Positions 49,544 through 63,738 of a stretch of 64,000 nt of DNA are shown piece after piece. Numbering within the stretch: position 1 is the stretch's first letter; each line of letters starts with the position of its first letter. The DNA lies in NCBI GenBank assembly GCA_951406725.2, contig OX597816.1:36518001-36582000 (forward strand), in the 5' to 3' direction. The DNA comes from Octopus vulgaris. Its lineage: Eukaryota. Under the pieces are notes generated by a model that worked only from the letters and a program-made list of their open reading frames with translations, was not told the DNA's origin and did no database searches. The position numbers were made by a program, and so were the translations under genes.

Positions 49544-49657
49544 CATATACATATACATATATATATATATGTATATGTATATGTATATGTATATATATAT
49601 ATATACACATATATATATATATATGTATATATATGTATATGTATATATATGTTATAT

Positions 49658-49708
<51 letters not shown>

Positions 49709-49994
49709 ATAATCTACTAGCTCTGCGTCAGCAAGACATGAAAAAATATAGAAAACTTGAAAGGGGTACAATGAACTTGCCGTGAGGTGTGGAATATTCA
49801 TCGTTCCGGATTCACTCGTTCGGGGGCAGAGAAAAAAGAGAAGAAAACTGAAAAAAAAGTCAAAGTTTACATCCTCTAAGCTTGAAAAACTGGCTGCAAC
49901 TGAATAAGGCGGCTTACTGACGTAAAACAGAAGTTATAGGAGAGATCGTGCAGAAAGAAGGGAAAGGGTGATAGAGAGATTTAATTTATTTATT

Positions 49995-50976
49995 TATCAC
50001 CTTTCACCCAGGCGTCGAATTCACCCACACCATATATGATACTCCTGTTGCTTTCTAGACATCTCTGTCAAAATACACAATACCCACCTCTCCATCTCTG
50101 TCTAGTATGAACCTACTAACACCCATCCCTACCTCCACTACTCCTCTCACCCCAGACACATTAAATCTGCCATACCTTTCTCTCAATTCCTTCGCTTTCG
50201 ACGAATTTACTACATCGATTCGGATTTCTAGTCTCATTGCAAAACGATGCGACACGTTTTATTTAAATCGAGGTTATCCTCCATCAGTTGTCGACCCGGC
50301 ATTCCACCGATCCCGAAGCATAAACTGCAACGCAGCTCTCCTACCATCTTCACGCACTTCCACTGACCGTATTCCAGTCTCTCTCACCTACCACCCGTCC
50401 GTCCTCCATCTAAATCACAAATTCATCCACAACTTTCGCATACTTCTTTCTGATCCAACAACCGCCCCTTTCTTTTCCACACCGCCTCTCCTGGCTTTTA
50501 AAAAAGATAGGAGTCTTAGAAATCTCCTTGTTAGAAGCTTCATAGGTCTCAGCTCCGCAAAACCAGGAACCTTTAAATGTGCTCACCGACGATGTAACAC
50601 ATTCCCCTACATCAACAATGTAACCACAATCATGGGACCAAAGAAGTAATACCACAAAACACGCCACTTCTGTTGGACTTCGGCAAATTTCATATATTGC
50701 ATCATATGCAAACACTGCGGTGCTCTTTACATTGGAGAAACAGGGCGATGCTTTGGGGATCGCTTTCGCGAACACATCAGAAGCATAATGCTACGCATGC
50801 CAGGCCAACCTGTCGCCATCCACATCAACATCGTCAATCATTCTATTGTAGATTTATCAGTGTGTGGCATGGCCTTGCCCCACGGACACCCGTTCTGTAG
50901 GAAACGAAAGGTGCAACGTCTAATATTCGATCTTGGTAGTATGTCCCAAACAGGTATGAATGAACATTTTTCTTTT
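49995..50976 (+). pseudogene. Penelope-like (Neptune-type) RT C-terminus, thumb and GIY-YIG, decayed
   Basis: FHPGVEFT..FLDISV..YEPTNTH.YL..SSHP..IPFSQFLR..RGYP..LTYHP..LRNLLVRS..C..RCNT..FIYCIICKHCGALYIGETGR..RFREH..GMN, with frameshifts and stops. Confidence 0.9.
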
Positions 50977-51235
50977 CATCCGTCCACTTCCTCTTCATTT
51001 GTTTTTACCCTTTTTATCCCTCCTTTCAGGCTATCTCTGCAACATTCCCGAATTTACTTACCTCTACACTCTCCATCACCCTTTTCCGTTTCCTTTCTGC
51101 ACGCCCTCTTCTATAACTTCTGTTTCACGTTAGCAACCCATGTTGCTTAGCGTTCATTATCAGTTGGAACCAGTTTTACAAGCTGAGAGGATGTACACTC
51201 TGTATGACATTCTTCCCTTTTTTTCTCTTTTCCCA

Positions 51236-51272
51236 TGTCCCTGACGAAGGTTTGAATCCGAAACGTTGGTTA
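51236..51272 (+). ncRNA. Minimal hammerhead ribozyme in the 3' pseudo-LTR of the upstream PLE
   Basis: UGUCC-CUGACGA-A-GGUUU G AAUCC-GAAAC-GUU-GGUUA: intact core and a palindromic ACGU stem III, with slightly decayed stems I and II. Confidence 0.75.
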
Positions 51273-51346
51273 TTCCACACATCACGGCAGGTTCACAGTA
51301 CCCCTTTCACTTTTCTCCCTCTCTTTCTCTCTCTTTCTCCCTCTCA

Positions 51347-51398
<52 letters not shown>

Positions 51399-52726
51399 GC
51401 ATGCATGTATACATACATACGTACATACATACGTACATACATACATGCATGCATGCATACGTACATACATACATACATACATATATACATACGTACGTAC
51501 ATACATACATACATACATACATACATACATACATACATACATACATGCATACATACATATATCCGTCTGCGCGTCTCTCCCCGCTTTTGTATATGTGTGT
51601 GGTACAGTTTTCTTTGTCGGTTTCAAACGAAATATTGCTTGTATCATATAATTAAAACTGTGCTCGTCTTTACTGCACACAGTATACAACATTCGTTCGA
51701 CCGCAACCAATGTCGCTGTATGGAATTGCTATATCTAGAGTAATTAGTGTTAATGAGCCTTTATATTAATCTCCAGTGAAGCAGACTTCTCATTGCGCCA
51801 TCTACATAGTTACTTATAAAGGGTATGACTAATATTGCACTTGGGCAACTTTAAATGAAGGACCAGAAATATATCGATTTTAGCAATGTTTTCTTAATTG
51901 GATTTAATTCAATGATATTCGCACTACATTTAGATTCTTGGATGTTATTAATTCGTTCTTCCGTTCTATCGGTTGTTTATTACACTTTCCAACTATTCTA
52001 TCTTTAGCAGCGTAAACAAGTTATCACCGTGTAATTATCATCAAGTTTATTGCACTCGGATGTTCAGTATGAATGCTATTATGTTGACGTATCGTTATGT
52101 TTATGTTTGAAACCATTTTGCGCTACAATATTTGCTGAATTGTATAACAAAATATCAATACTTTACCAGGATCTAATTTGTCACTGAGCAAGCGGATATA
52201 TTTTATCGGTATAAAATTGAGAAATTGAGATCAAACGCACCACTACCTAGACAGGACACAACGTAATATATTAGCTCTTCACTAAATATTTTCCCTTCAA
52301 TTGATATCCTTGGACCATTCCGTTTGGCTCTATGTGCATGTATAATTCTGAATGTATGTATGCATGTATGATTGTATATATATATATATATATATATATT
52401 GAGGTGTAGGAAGAATGTTAGCTTGAAGCAAACCGTAGAAACTAGAAAAAACTAGAAGCTATATAAAAAAAACTGCTTTTAGAAAAATCGTCATTTATTA
52501 AGTCGGGAGGTTGTTGGAGTTTTTTCTCTATCAAAGTATGGTAAGCTGAAGAAAATTGTTTCATGCTTCACAGTAGGCACTCAGAGTTGCCAGGGTATGC
52601 GAATAAAGTACAAGAGTTTAGAAATGGAGTAGATAATATCCGGGTCATATATGTTTCATAGCAAGAGGAACCTCGGAAGTGGCAGATATCTAAGCGAGGT
52701 ATATACCGCAGGATACTCTTCAGGCG

Positions 52727-52864
52727 AAGGGTATCTTGATTAAATAAAGTTTGCATTGTCGTAAGGAGGTACGTGTCAACACTCGGACAATCGATCAGAA
52801 TCGTCCGGGTGTTGGCATGTACCTCCTTACGAGAATGTAAACTTTATTTAATCAAGATACCCTT
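52727..52864. repeat. 62-bp-arm hairpin within a wider degenerate inverted repeat (about 52665-52925)
   Basis: 52727-52788 pairs with 52803-52864 with five differences. Confidence 0.9.
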
Positions 52865-52976
52865 AGACTGAACAGTAACCTGTGGTATTCACTACGTTTT
52901 GAAATTTACCACTTTCGAGGTTTCAGTCCCTACGAAATATATAGCCTGGATATTATCAGCTCTATTCCTTAATACT

Positions 52977-53019
<43 letters not shown>

Positions 53020-53104
53020 GTGTGTGTGTGTGTGTACGCGGAGTAGCGGAAACAGGGACAACTGAGGAAGGGGAATGTTCCTTGTACTGTATATATATAT
53101 ACTG

Positions 53105-53148
<44 letters not shown>

Positions 53149-53700
53149 GATATAAAATACGTGACAACAAAAGAATGAGACCGCGATATTAGGTAAATAA
53201 AGGATTATTTATATGGAAATTTTAAATCAAAGTTCAACAATCATACCTTAAGCATCAGACATTGGGATAAACGAAAAACTACCAAATTATCCAGTCATAC
53301 ATGGTTCTTAAAACAACAAGGTATTAGCTACAGGATTTACTGGAAAATATTGGCCAAGTGTAAAGCGTACACCAACGGTAGTAGCAAGTGCGGTCTTTGA
53401 GATATGGATAGATAGCTCATCTGGAAAAGTTCCTTGGACCCCGCTACATGTCTAAATTCAAGAACTGAACTGTTTATACCATGTCCACAAATCAGAAAAT
53501 ACCTGTTACGGTATTGGCCCCTTAAGATCACGGCTAGTATCCGCATTTTTATTATGTATCTGCACAAGGTTTCCATATGTCTGAACTTTTTATTGTTTTA
53601 ATTATATTTTTCATTTTTTCCTATTTAATGGTGTGAACGTGTACGCGTGTGGGCATATGTATATGTACGTATATATTACATGTGCGTGAGTATATATATA

Positions 53701-54836
53701 TCTCTCTATATAAACGGCAGTTTGTCTGTCTGTGTGTCTGTGTGTCTGTCGGGTTGTACCCTCACCCTGACCACGGCTTTCAACCGATTCTGATGAAACT
53801 AGCCCAATGTCACAATTCAAAATTAACGCAGCGAAAATTTTGAAAAGTTCCCCCAGTTCTGAAAAAAAATCGATAAATTCGACATGGAGTCGAAAATCTA
53901 AGCTTTTTATATGCAACACATTTTCTGTTGTAGTTTTCGCAACTTAGAATCGATTTTCACCAAACTCATGGTGAAGCTTAATGTTACCCTAAGAAACTTA
54001 ATTCTGCCGTTAGTTTTCCATGCAATACCTTACCATCAGAAAAAATCGGTAAAATCATGCCATTTTGGGAAATCGCGTTCAAATACAAGATGACATATTT
54101 TCGACAATATCTTTCACAAATTGGCAGGAATTTTTTTTGAAATTCACAGCGAGCATCATGTCTGCTCCAAGGAGCTATATGGCCCTTTTTATTCCAATAG
54201 GATACTTTATTACTGGAAAAAATCGGTTAATTAAATCATATGTGGCACACATAGCAAACCAATTTGTATATTAAACACAAACCACAGACTGTCTAGGGGA
54301 CGCAACTCGACCTTTTTAACTCTCGGAACACGTGGGGTAAGTATTTCAAAATGTATAAAAATGTACAAAAACGGCAAAAAAGCGGGCAGCAATGTGAGTG
54401 ACAACAACGAAAAAGTCAAAAGTGACCAAACTGAACAAACGAATGGAAAAGGTTTTTTGGTGCACACGACAAAAGTGGTTTATAATAAACCAAGAGTTTG
54501 CAAGTAGCGTCCGAGGACCCTTAATGTACGTAAAGAATTTAAGGTAAAACGTTTGGGGTGGTAGTTATAAAGAAAGTATTCGACTAACTTGCGGCTGGAG
54601 CAGCTATTAGCAGAAGTGGCTGTGTTGGGGGTAAAGTTTCGAATGTAATTTCTTCCTGATAGGAATTGGTTGGGTTGAATTATCGATAGCTGTTTGATAG
54701 TTATTTGAGATTGAAGAGAAGACATTGCAACCTACACATGCGCCTTCGTTCCCTAGAGGGAAAGGACTAGATTGGGATTAGTCGTTGCCTACTAGGGGCT
54801 CTTACATACCCGAGCAACGCTGGGCTATACTGTTAG
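53701..54836 (+). mobile_element. Non-autonomous Helitron
   Basis: 5' TC after A (TCTCTCTATATAAACGGCAGTTTGTCTG) and 3' CCCGAGCAACGCTGGGCTATACTGTTAG|T. Both ends lie in (TA)n. Confidence 0.75.
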
Positions 54837-54872
<36 letters not shown>

Positions 54873-55094
54873 CGCGAGTATGTATGCACATGAGTGTAGG
54901 ACTGTGTTTGGTGCATGAGTGCAACTTCCATGCACACGACCACTTCTTTTATACGGATATGCATATGCTTGTATATCCGTGCTTGTAACAACCTACTTAT
55001 AAATGTAGAAATTCCAGAGTTTAGTGAAATGCTTTTGATAACAAATGTAAATAAATAAATGGAGCTAAACGCGTGTGTTATTCAAATCTTTATA

Positions 55095-55182
55095 CTTCCG
55101 ACATAAGTTTCAAAGAAAACATTGGTATTATTCCAGAAGGAATAAAATGATGTAAAACAATACGTTCTTCTTATCAGGGAAA
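55095..55182 (-). ncRNA. Hammerhead motif with long stem II (G8A, probably decayed)
   Basis: Minus strand UUCC-CUGAUAA-GAAGAACGUAUUG..CAAUGUUUUCUUU-GAAA-CUUAUG-UC-GGAA. Its 3' flank resembles that of the 20653 ribozyme. Confidence 0.7.
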
Positions 55183-55976
55183 AAAAGAGAAAGAAAGCTC
55201 GTCAATAAGGTATTTTCACCGAATGTGATTACTTCAAATACTGGTCCGAGCGTCTTTTTTTATATAGGTAGTTTTTCATCTCAGCAAATAATTCACGAGA
55301 AAATAATTTGCGAAGATATCATTGACTCTAAAATTATCTGTTGTAACAATTTAATAATGATAATAAAATCATCAATAATATAGGTGGTTGTAGATCCCGA
55401 AAGTCAGTAAATAGCTGAAGGATTAAAATTAATCAAAGAACATATTAAATATGTCTACCTGCTGGTAATAACAGTCAGAACTCTTTTCAATAACGCTAAC
55501 GTTCACTGATGGTAACTACAGAAATCAACCGTTCGAAGGCAAATGGTTTAAGGCAATCTCTCAGCATACATTCAAGTCTTTGGATTCACGTGGACCGGTT
55601 TCTCGATTAACATAATATCCTCACCCTCTTCAGCACGTGTTACCATGATAAAGAGCCCCAACCCGTCATGTTGAAGTCTGCGCAGCAAATGATTCGTTTT
55701 GCGTTGAATCAGGGCAGCCACCAGTGTTAATAATTTATATATATATAAGATAAATATATAATCAAAATTATTATAATAGTGGTCTAGCGCATGAAAATGA
55801 CGGTATAGGTAAAATGTATTTTTTAGGTATATAATTATAAAAATATAATTATAATTATAGGCTGGAAAGATCAGCCGCCTGCGCTAGAAGTAGATGTTAA
55901 ATAACTAAAATCCGCCCGAAAGATTTTTTCTTTCTTTTCAGCAAATATTTGAGAAAATATTTTAGAGTATATATAC

Positions 55977-56351
<375 letters not shown>

Positions 56352-56352
56352 T

Positions 56353-56555
56353 AGACGAGCTGCCCTGACCCAGCTCCTACAGCACTATGACTAGGTGTTG
56401 AGGCAGTTACTCGACAATTCAAATGTGGACGTAATATGACTTGATTTTGCAAAAGTTTCTGATACATCGATCATGACATTTATCGATCATGACATATGTC
56501 ACAAACAGCGTGATATTGGCATAGCTGGAAATGCTGGAGCGTGGTTACATGACTT
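56353..56555 (+). mobile_element. CR1-group LINE RT fragment
   Basis: [36 protein letters not shown], homologous to the 10180-10270 region. Confidence 0.75.
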
Positions 56556-56725
56556 ATAGGACTGTGCCTGCGTACTTATATGTACATGAATGCCTATTTT
56601 GGTACGAGTGTAGTTACCTCCTGTTAACTATAAGCGTATGGGTGTATGTATGTATGCATATGGATGTATATGTATGCATAAATATAAATATATATGTATA
56701 TACATGTATGTATGTATACAGTCCA

Positions 56726-56763
<38 letters not shown>

Positions 56764-56771
56764 TATATGTA

Positions 56772-56850
<79 letters not shown>

Positions 56851-56860
56851 CGTATATAGT

Positions 56861-57179
56861 GAAGGCGCGTGGCTTCGTGATTAGGGCATTCGACTCAATG
56901 ATAAGGTCGTGAGTTCAATTCCCGGCGACGCGTTGTGTCCTTGTGCAAGACACTTTATTTCACATTGTACCAATCGACTCTCCTGTCAAGAGTGAGTAGT
57001 ACCTGTATTTCAAAGGGCTGGCCTTTTCACACTCTGTGTTACGCTCAATTTCCCTGAGAAATACATGAAGGGTACACGAGTATATGGAGTGCTCAGCCAC
57101 ATGCACGTTAATTTCACGAGTAAGCTGTTCCGTTGATCGTATCAGCTGAGTCCCTTGTCGTCGTAAGGGACGGAGTGCT
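56861..57179 (+). mobile_element. tRNA-derived SINE (head C + tail X)
   Basis: Box B GAGTTCAATTCC and CCTTGTGCAAGACACTT body. The 3' half from GTACCTGTATTTCAAAGGG is shared with 34646-34827. Confidence 0.85.
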
Positions 57180-57243
57180 CTTGCACGTAAATATATACCT
57201 GTGTATGTATATACGTATGTATCTGTTTTTGCATGTATATAAA

Positions 57244-57291
<48 letters not shown>

Positions 57292-57581
57292 ATATGAGTG
57301 TGCACGTACTTACGTGTGCGTATAATCTATATTTATGTTGATATTAGTAATTGTGTGTATATTTGTGTATGCATATATCTTTGTAAGTATGTAAGTAGAT
57401 ATGTGTACATGTATAAGGTTGGGTATATCTATGTATATATTATAATGTAATGTATACCTGAATGTCCACTTAGTCACTAATCATATAAACAATTTTTTTA
57501 GATATATATATGCATGTACATGTACATGGGGATGCATGCCCTCAGGCCTGTGGATAAGCTCCAATTGGGCGAGTGTACGTA

Positions 57582-59209
57582 CAGTTGCGGCCAAAATGTT
57601 CAGAACGGCATTGTTTTCGCCAGAAAAAGTAAGTATAATTTTTTATCAAATTTGTTTTATATTCTATAATTTTCACAGACAATAAATACAATATTATTTG
57701 CCATATTGTCTGAGATTTTGGTGTAATTTGATAGGATAATACAAAAGTCATGGATGATTCAGTGATTTACTGCAAAACCCATTGCAGCCAAAATGGTCAG
57801 AACGGTTGATTTTACTCCGTGTTTTAGTATATTGAACCGGCGAACTCTAATGTTTTGAATTTATTCACTTGACGGTTCGTTTACTAAACATTAGTAAGAA
57901 TATCTGCAGTGTACTTCGTTTATATAATGCCACTTACTCTGTTACCAATTTGTCAGCAGATTATTAAGCTTCGAAATAAGGATAATTTAAGTATTGGGTC
58001 TATTGCAAAGATTGTTAACAAGTCAAAAAGTGTTGTTCATGGTATTCTTAAGGTCTACGATGATTGTGGTTCGTGTGAAGCAAGAACGTCTGCAGGTAGG
58101 CCAAGAAAAACGACCAAGAGAGAAGATCGTGCTATGGTAAAGTTGGTTAAAAAGGACAGATTTAAAACTGCTGCTGCTGCTGTTTCTCGGGAAATGAGCA
58201 TTGTACTGAAGAAAACTTTATCTCGAAAAACTGTGTCTCGTCGTTTAGTTGAACATGACCTACAAGCAAGAGCACCTGCAGTGAATCCACTGATCAGCTC
58301 CAAGAATAAAAAGTGTCGTCTTACCTTTGCAACCGAACATGTGTTGTGGTCTCAAGAAAAATGGCAAACGGTGCATTTCAGTGAGGAATCTAAGTTTATG
58401 CTATTTGGCTCAGGTGGGAAAAGGTACGTTCGTCGAAAAGTAGGTGAAAAATTGTCGACTAAGACTAGTGTTAAATTCGGTGGAGGAAGTGTCATGGTTT
58501 GGGGGATGATATCTGGAGATGGTATGGGCCCTTTGGTGCGATTACATGGAAATTAAAATGTAAGAGTTTATAAACAACTTGTAAAAGATCATGTCTTGCC
58601 TGTGCTGAGAAATTCAACTAAGCGACCACCCATATTCATGCAGGACAATGCCCCATGTCACAAGGCGAAAGTGGTCATGAACTTCCTCAAGGCTGAAAAG
58701 GTTATTGTTATGGATTGGCCTGCTCAAAGCCCAGATCTCAATCCTATTGAAAAAGTGTGAAATATTCTAGGAGAACGTTCGAAAGCCAGAAATCCTAAAA
58801 CAACCGAGCACTTATGAAATGCCAATCAGGAAGAAAATTGAATAAGATCACCCAGCAAGAAATTGAAAATTTAGTTTCCTCATGCATTCGAAGATGTCAA
58901 AGTGTGATTGAAGCTAAAGGGCTTCACGCTAAATATTAAATAATTCCAGTATTCTCTGTCATTTTTGATTATTTTGTTCTTTTTTCAACCGTTCTGATCA
59001 TTTTGGCCGGCATGGGTTTTGCAGTAAATCATTAAATCATCCATAACTTTTGTATTATCCTCTCAAATTATACCAGAATGTCAGACAATAACAAATAACA
59101 TCGTATTTATTGTCTGTGAAAATTATAGAATATAAAACAACTTTCATATAAAATTGTACCTACTTTTCTGACGAAAACAATGCGATTCTAAACATTTTGG
59201 CCGCAACTG
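57582..59209 (+). mobile_element. Tc1-family transposon, full length, long IR/DR-type TIRs
   Basis: TA|CAGTTGCGGCCAAAATG..CATTTTGGCCGCAACTG|TA. TIRs of about 230 bp each contain outer and inner GCCAAAATG.TCAGAACGG direct repeats (inner copies near 57784-57808 and 58985-59010). Confidence 0.95.
57927..58939 (+). pseudogene. Tc1 DD34E transposase, inactivated
   Basis: HTH + GRPRKTT, FSEESKF (first catalytic D changed to E), VMVWG, FMQDNAPCH, WPAQSPDLNPIE, G.HAKY*. Frameshift near 58550 and later stops. Confidence 0.92.
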
Positions 59210-59253
59210 TATACATATACGTGTGATTATATATGCATGGAAGGATGGACAGG

Positions 59254-59330
<77 letters not shown>

Positions 59331-59703
59331 GTGTGTATGTGAATGTATATACGTTTTAAATGGTCACACGTATAAAAAATCATAGAGAGAATGCTAGTTT
59401 TTAATATTACATATATTAGCACCCAATCATATATATTTTTAGTGTTGTTTAAAATAGACATGACTCCAAGAACGAATACATTATTACAATATGTTTAGGA
59501 AGGGAAATCTATGTACTGGTAACGTATATTTTTAGTGTTTATCACAGCTACCGACGAGGACAAATTTTCTGTTATGAATATCTGATTCTTTTTGTATGAA
59601 ACAAATTGTATAGCAACATGAATAATAAAACCTATTGTCCATTTTAACATGAATATGAATGAATTTGTTGAACTGTCTTTCATAAGTTAAATTATATACT
59701 GAT

Positions 59704-59735
<32 letters not shown>

Positions 59736-59779
59736 GGTATGTATATATATGTATATACATGTATGCAAACACACACACA

Positions 59780-59837
<58 letters not shown>

Positions 59838-60205
59838 ATGTATATGTATATCTATATGTATATATATGTATATATAAGAACTAATTTAGATTCGGTAGAA
59901 TTGGGTACTTATGGTGAAGCAACTAGTCAGTCCAGTACTACCCGCACATCTCGAAGTAACGTGAATAAAATCAAAATTAAACAACAAGATATCAAGTACT
60001 GATGCAGTACGACCGTTTCAAGTGGCACTGTTTAATTGAACAATGCAATTATTACATCAATTTAAATGTAGGGACATATTCATCTCCACAAATTAAAAAA
60101 AGGAAAACTTTAACCAGTCTATTCTTAGCTATAACAGCGACAGCATGGATTTGGAAAATTATATTAATGTGTTCGACTAGTTTAAATTTTATTTATTTAT
60201 CTGAG

Positions 60206-60287
60206 CAGCTGAAGACGGCACTGCATTTAAATTGGTATGTTGTTTACATTGTTTAATTGAATAGAGTCGCTTGAAACGGTCGTACTG
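60206..60287 (+). ncRNA. Hammerhead motif, right arm of an older inverted pair (about 59970-60321; decayed mirror copy at 60004-60086 on the minus strand)
   Basis: CAG-CUGAAGA-CGGCACUG..UAGAGUCG-CUU-GAAA-CGGUCG-UA-CUG. The mirror arm preserves CAGUGCCA-CUU-GAAACGGUCGUACUGC. Confidence 0.68.
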
Positions 60288-61103
60288 AATTACTACTTGA
60301 TATCCTGTTGCTTATTTTGATATATATATACATATGCATATACGTGTGTGTGCGCGCGCGGCGTGTGAAAATAAAATATAGCAACATTTTATAATTATTA
60401 TAGTACTCGAAACACCAATTAATATAATGAGAAGCTTTTACAGTTTCTTTTAGATAATTTATAACATCATTCATTATTATTTACGAATATATCAATGGCC
60501 AGATATTCCGTCAAAAAATTTAAGGAAGGAAGTCTGTATATTTATGTACAAATCATAATTATAACGGAAGGTTTTTCAGGAACACTTACATGTCTAGAAA
60601 TAGCAGTCAAAACCGCTGTAAACCACTATAACCCCTCATATATCATCTCTTCACAATATTAACACGACATTTTTACATGCATATATATATATATATGTAT
60701 ATATATGTGTGTGTGTGTGTGTACGTGTGTGTGTGTGTGTGTATGTGTGCATGTATGTGAAACACGCATTGAGTCGAAACAGGGACAGCTGAAGAAGGGG
60801 AATGCTCCTTGTATTGTTTGTTTTGTACTCTGTTTTTTCGTTGTTAAAAAAAGTCCGTTTCCTTGCTTTTATTTTGTTTTCGTTTCTCGTTGTGATCTAT
60901 GTTTATTTGTGGTGTCCTGTACTCATATATGCATGTATATATACATATAGATGTAGGCATGTACATATATGTATGTATGCATATGTTTTATTTACTAAAT
61001 TATTATATATATATATATATATATAAGAGATTGAAGACAATGGATAAATATTTATGTAGTAACGTTTTTATTTAAAGACATTCAAATACATACATTCATA
61101 CCC

Positions 61104-61193
61104 CTACCTGCAACTGTTTCCATAAATGATTCCTTAATTTCAGAAATAGAATTCCATATTAGAAACCATCAATTAGTTATATCCTCAGGGATA
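61104..61193 (-). ncRNA. Degenerate hammerhead motif
   Basis: Minus strand UAUCC-CUGAGGA-UAUAACUAAUU..AAUCAUUUAUG-GAAA-CAGUUG-CA-GGUAG, with U16.1 mutated to C. Confidence 0.5.
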
Positions 61194-62526
61194 AATTCAA
61201 AAGGAAGTGATTTACCACCCTGTAGGCTAACGTATGAGAAATTCAGAAGTGTGTGTTTTTTTTCTGAATGCAATCATTCCATAGAAAGCGTGATTACCAC
61301 CTATTTACAAAAATAAACACATTCAACACATCCTTGCTGGAGCCGGTATGGTACACAATAGTTAATTGATGGTGTTATGATAGTTAAGATACAGATAGTA
61401 TCGAGAGAAAAAGAATGGTAAGTGAAACTAGTGAATAGGGAGAACGTTATATATCGATCGTTAATGTGAAAGCAGCTAGACACTTCAATTCGTTGAGCAT
61501 ATGCCTATCAATAATACAACAGATTAACAAAATATATAAAGTCAAACTTCACTCAGCTATATCCAGAACTGCTACATCAATCAATGTTTAGGCAAATACA
61601 CGGTCTATACATGTCAAGTAAACAAACGGATCTCACATATTACCAGATTTTAGCTATAGAAAATTTATAAACACACACCCACACACACATATATTTATTT
61701 ATTTATTTATTTAAATGCAAATTCTTTGATATAAGTAATTATCATTGACTACTACGAATCTAATGATTGTTCCTAAATGTCCATTTTGATGCACGGACAC
61801 AAGAATATCCCATTTCCATGTTAGTATCTAAACCTGAAGTGGTAGGATATTACGAGCTTGTGTTCGGATTTCTCTAAGCCTGCCCAATGTATGCGCTTTT
61901 CGAGATGGCGTCCTTTAAAACAATATACTAATACATGAGAAGAATCTGTTTATAAGTTCTAATAAAATAAATATACTGCGAGAAATTACAATTCTCAGCT
62001 AAAAACCACTGTTATCACTCCAGATAGTATATTACTAAATTTGAACTTCAATTAATTGCAATACTATTGCATATGTTCGTTTCAAAGTAATATGTATTTT
62101 ATTTGGAAGATGCAATATTTACCTTTGTTCGATTCACCAAAAGATTGAACATTTGCAGTGTGTAATGAAACTATTTTAATTATAATTTGTATATTGGCTA
62201 AATTGGCAACATGACCATCCCCAAATATAACAAAGTATATTTCTATTTATGTGAAAACTGTTTAATATATCTATATATACATTTTCCACCTACGTTAAAC
62301 GATAATTTGAGCTATTCGAACCAGCGTGCCAAGATACAAACTCTTACACGTATGGCTTTTACCAAAAGTGCTTCAGTTCATATATAAGTGTGGGATGTAG
62401 ATACACGGTTATTGCACTATTGTATCCGCATTCATATAAGGTTTCATGCACGCGAAATGTACATACATGCCCTCTCATACATATACATGTTAACATATCT
62501 TTCTTCCTCAATCTCGTTGTATATAC

Positions 62527-62558
<32 letters not shown>

Positions 62559-63523
62559 TCGTATACACACACAAACCCACATACATACATGTATGTGTGT
62601 GCGTGTATGTATGCAATTATGTATGTATTTATTTACTCATATAATAGAATGTGTATGCGAAGTTATTTTAGTTCACTTCAAATATGCTCAGAAATCTTCG
62701 AACAAAGAATCGAAAATCCAATTTACGTAACCCTTTAGCTTTACAGGTTTCGTTCTAATGTAAATTAGAAAAAAATGTAATTGACTCTAAGATGCTTTTA
62801 TATTTTAAAAAAGCATTCCTGCGTATGTCTGTTTCATTGGAAAGTATATGTTTAACAAGGTAGAGTATATAAAATTATGTGGCGTAAAAGGATCCATGAG
62901 CAAAATTTGAATTGTAAGCATGAAACATTCAACCAAATTTGTATTTAGCTGAAATTAACCTTAAAGCAAGATAAATGGAAATATGGTTGCAATGAAAGTG
63001 ATTATTTTTGAATACATGCCGAAAACTAAAGTATAGTATATTATTCTAAGCTCTTAATTTGTAAATTAAAAATGTGCAGAATTTTCAAAATGTTCATTCG
63101 ATGTTTTTATGGGTGTTCAAGTATTTTGCTTGAAATATATTTGTACGTCAAATGATGCAAATTTTATAAATGATATTTGGAATCATTGGAATAATTGTTT
63201 CTCTTTTAGATACCAGATCTCAATTTTGTGAGGATGGGGTAAGTCAGTGCTATCGAACCATTACTTATCGACCCTAAAACTATGTGAGTGTTGATCGCAG
63301 TGGGATGCAAAGACGGAGATGTATCTCAAGGAATATTGCCCAATTTTTTTACTATTTTGCAATTCAACAGCACTATGTAAATGAGACAGTAAAGTTTTGA
63401 ATTTCCAAAAGGCGATCAGTTATCTATAATACCGCATATTCTATATAAACTGCTCTTAATATTTTTTTTTAATATAGTGAAACTGCAGTTGAAATACTTT
63501 ATATAACGTCATTAATAATAAAT

Positions 63524-63738
63524 GGCAGAGCTGGCAGAGTTGTTAGCACGCCGGGCAAATTGCTTAGCAGCCTTTCATCCGTCTTTACGTTAGAAGTTCA
63601 AGTTGTGTCGAGGTCGAATTTATCTGTCATTCATTTAGGGTCGATAAAATAGGCATTAGTCGAGCACTGAGGTCGATATAATCGACTTATCCCCTCCTCG
63701 AAATTACTGCCCTTGTACCAAAATTTGAAATCAATATT
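63524..63738 (+). mobile_element. SINE family N (Nin-like), diverged
   Basis: GAGCTGGCAGAGTTGTTAGCACGCCGG ... GGGTCGATAAAAT ... AATCGACTTATCCCC, homologous to 17013-17242. A more decayed inverted copy probably lies at about 63200-63370. Confidence 0.75.
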
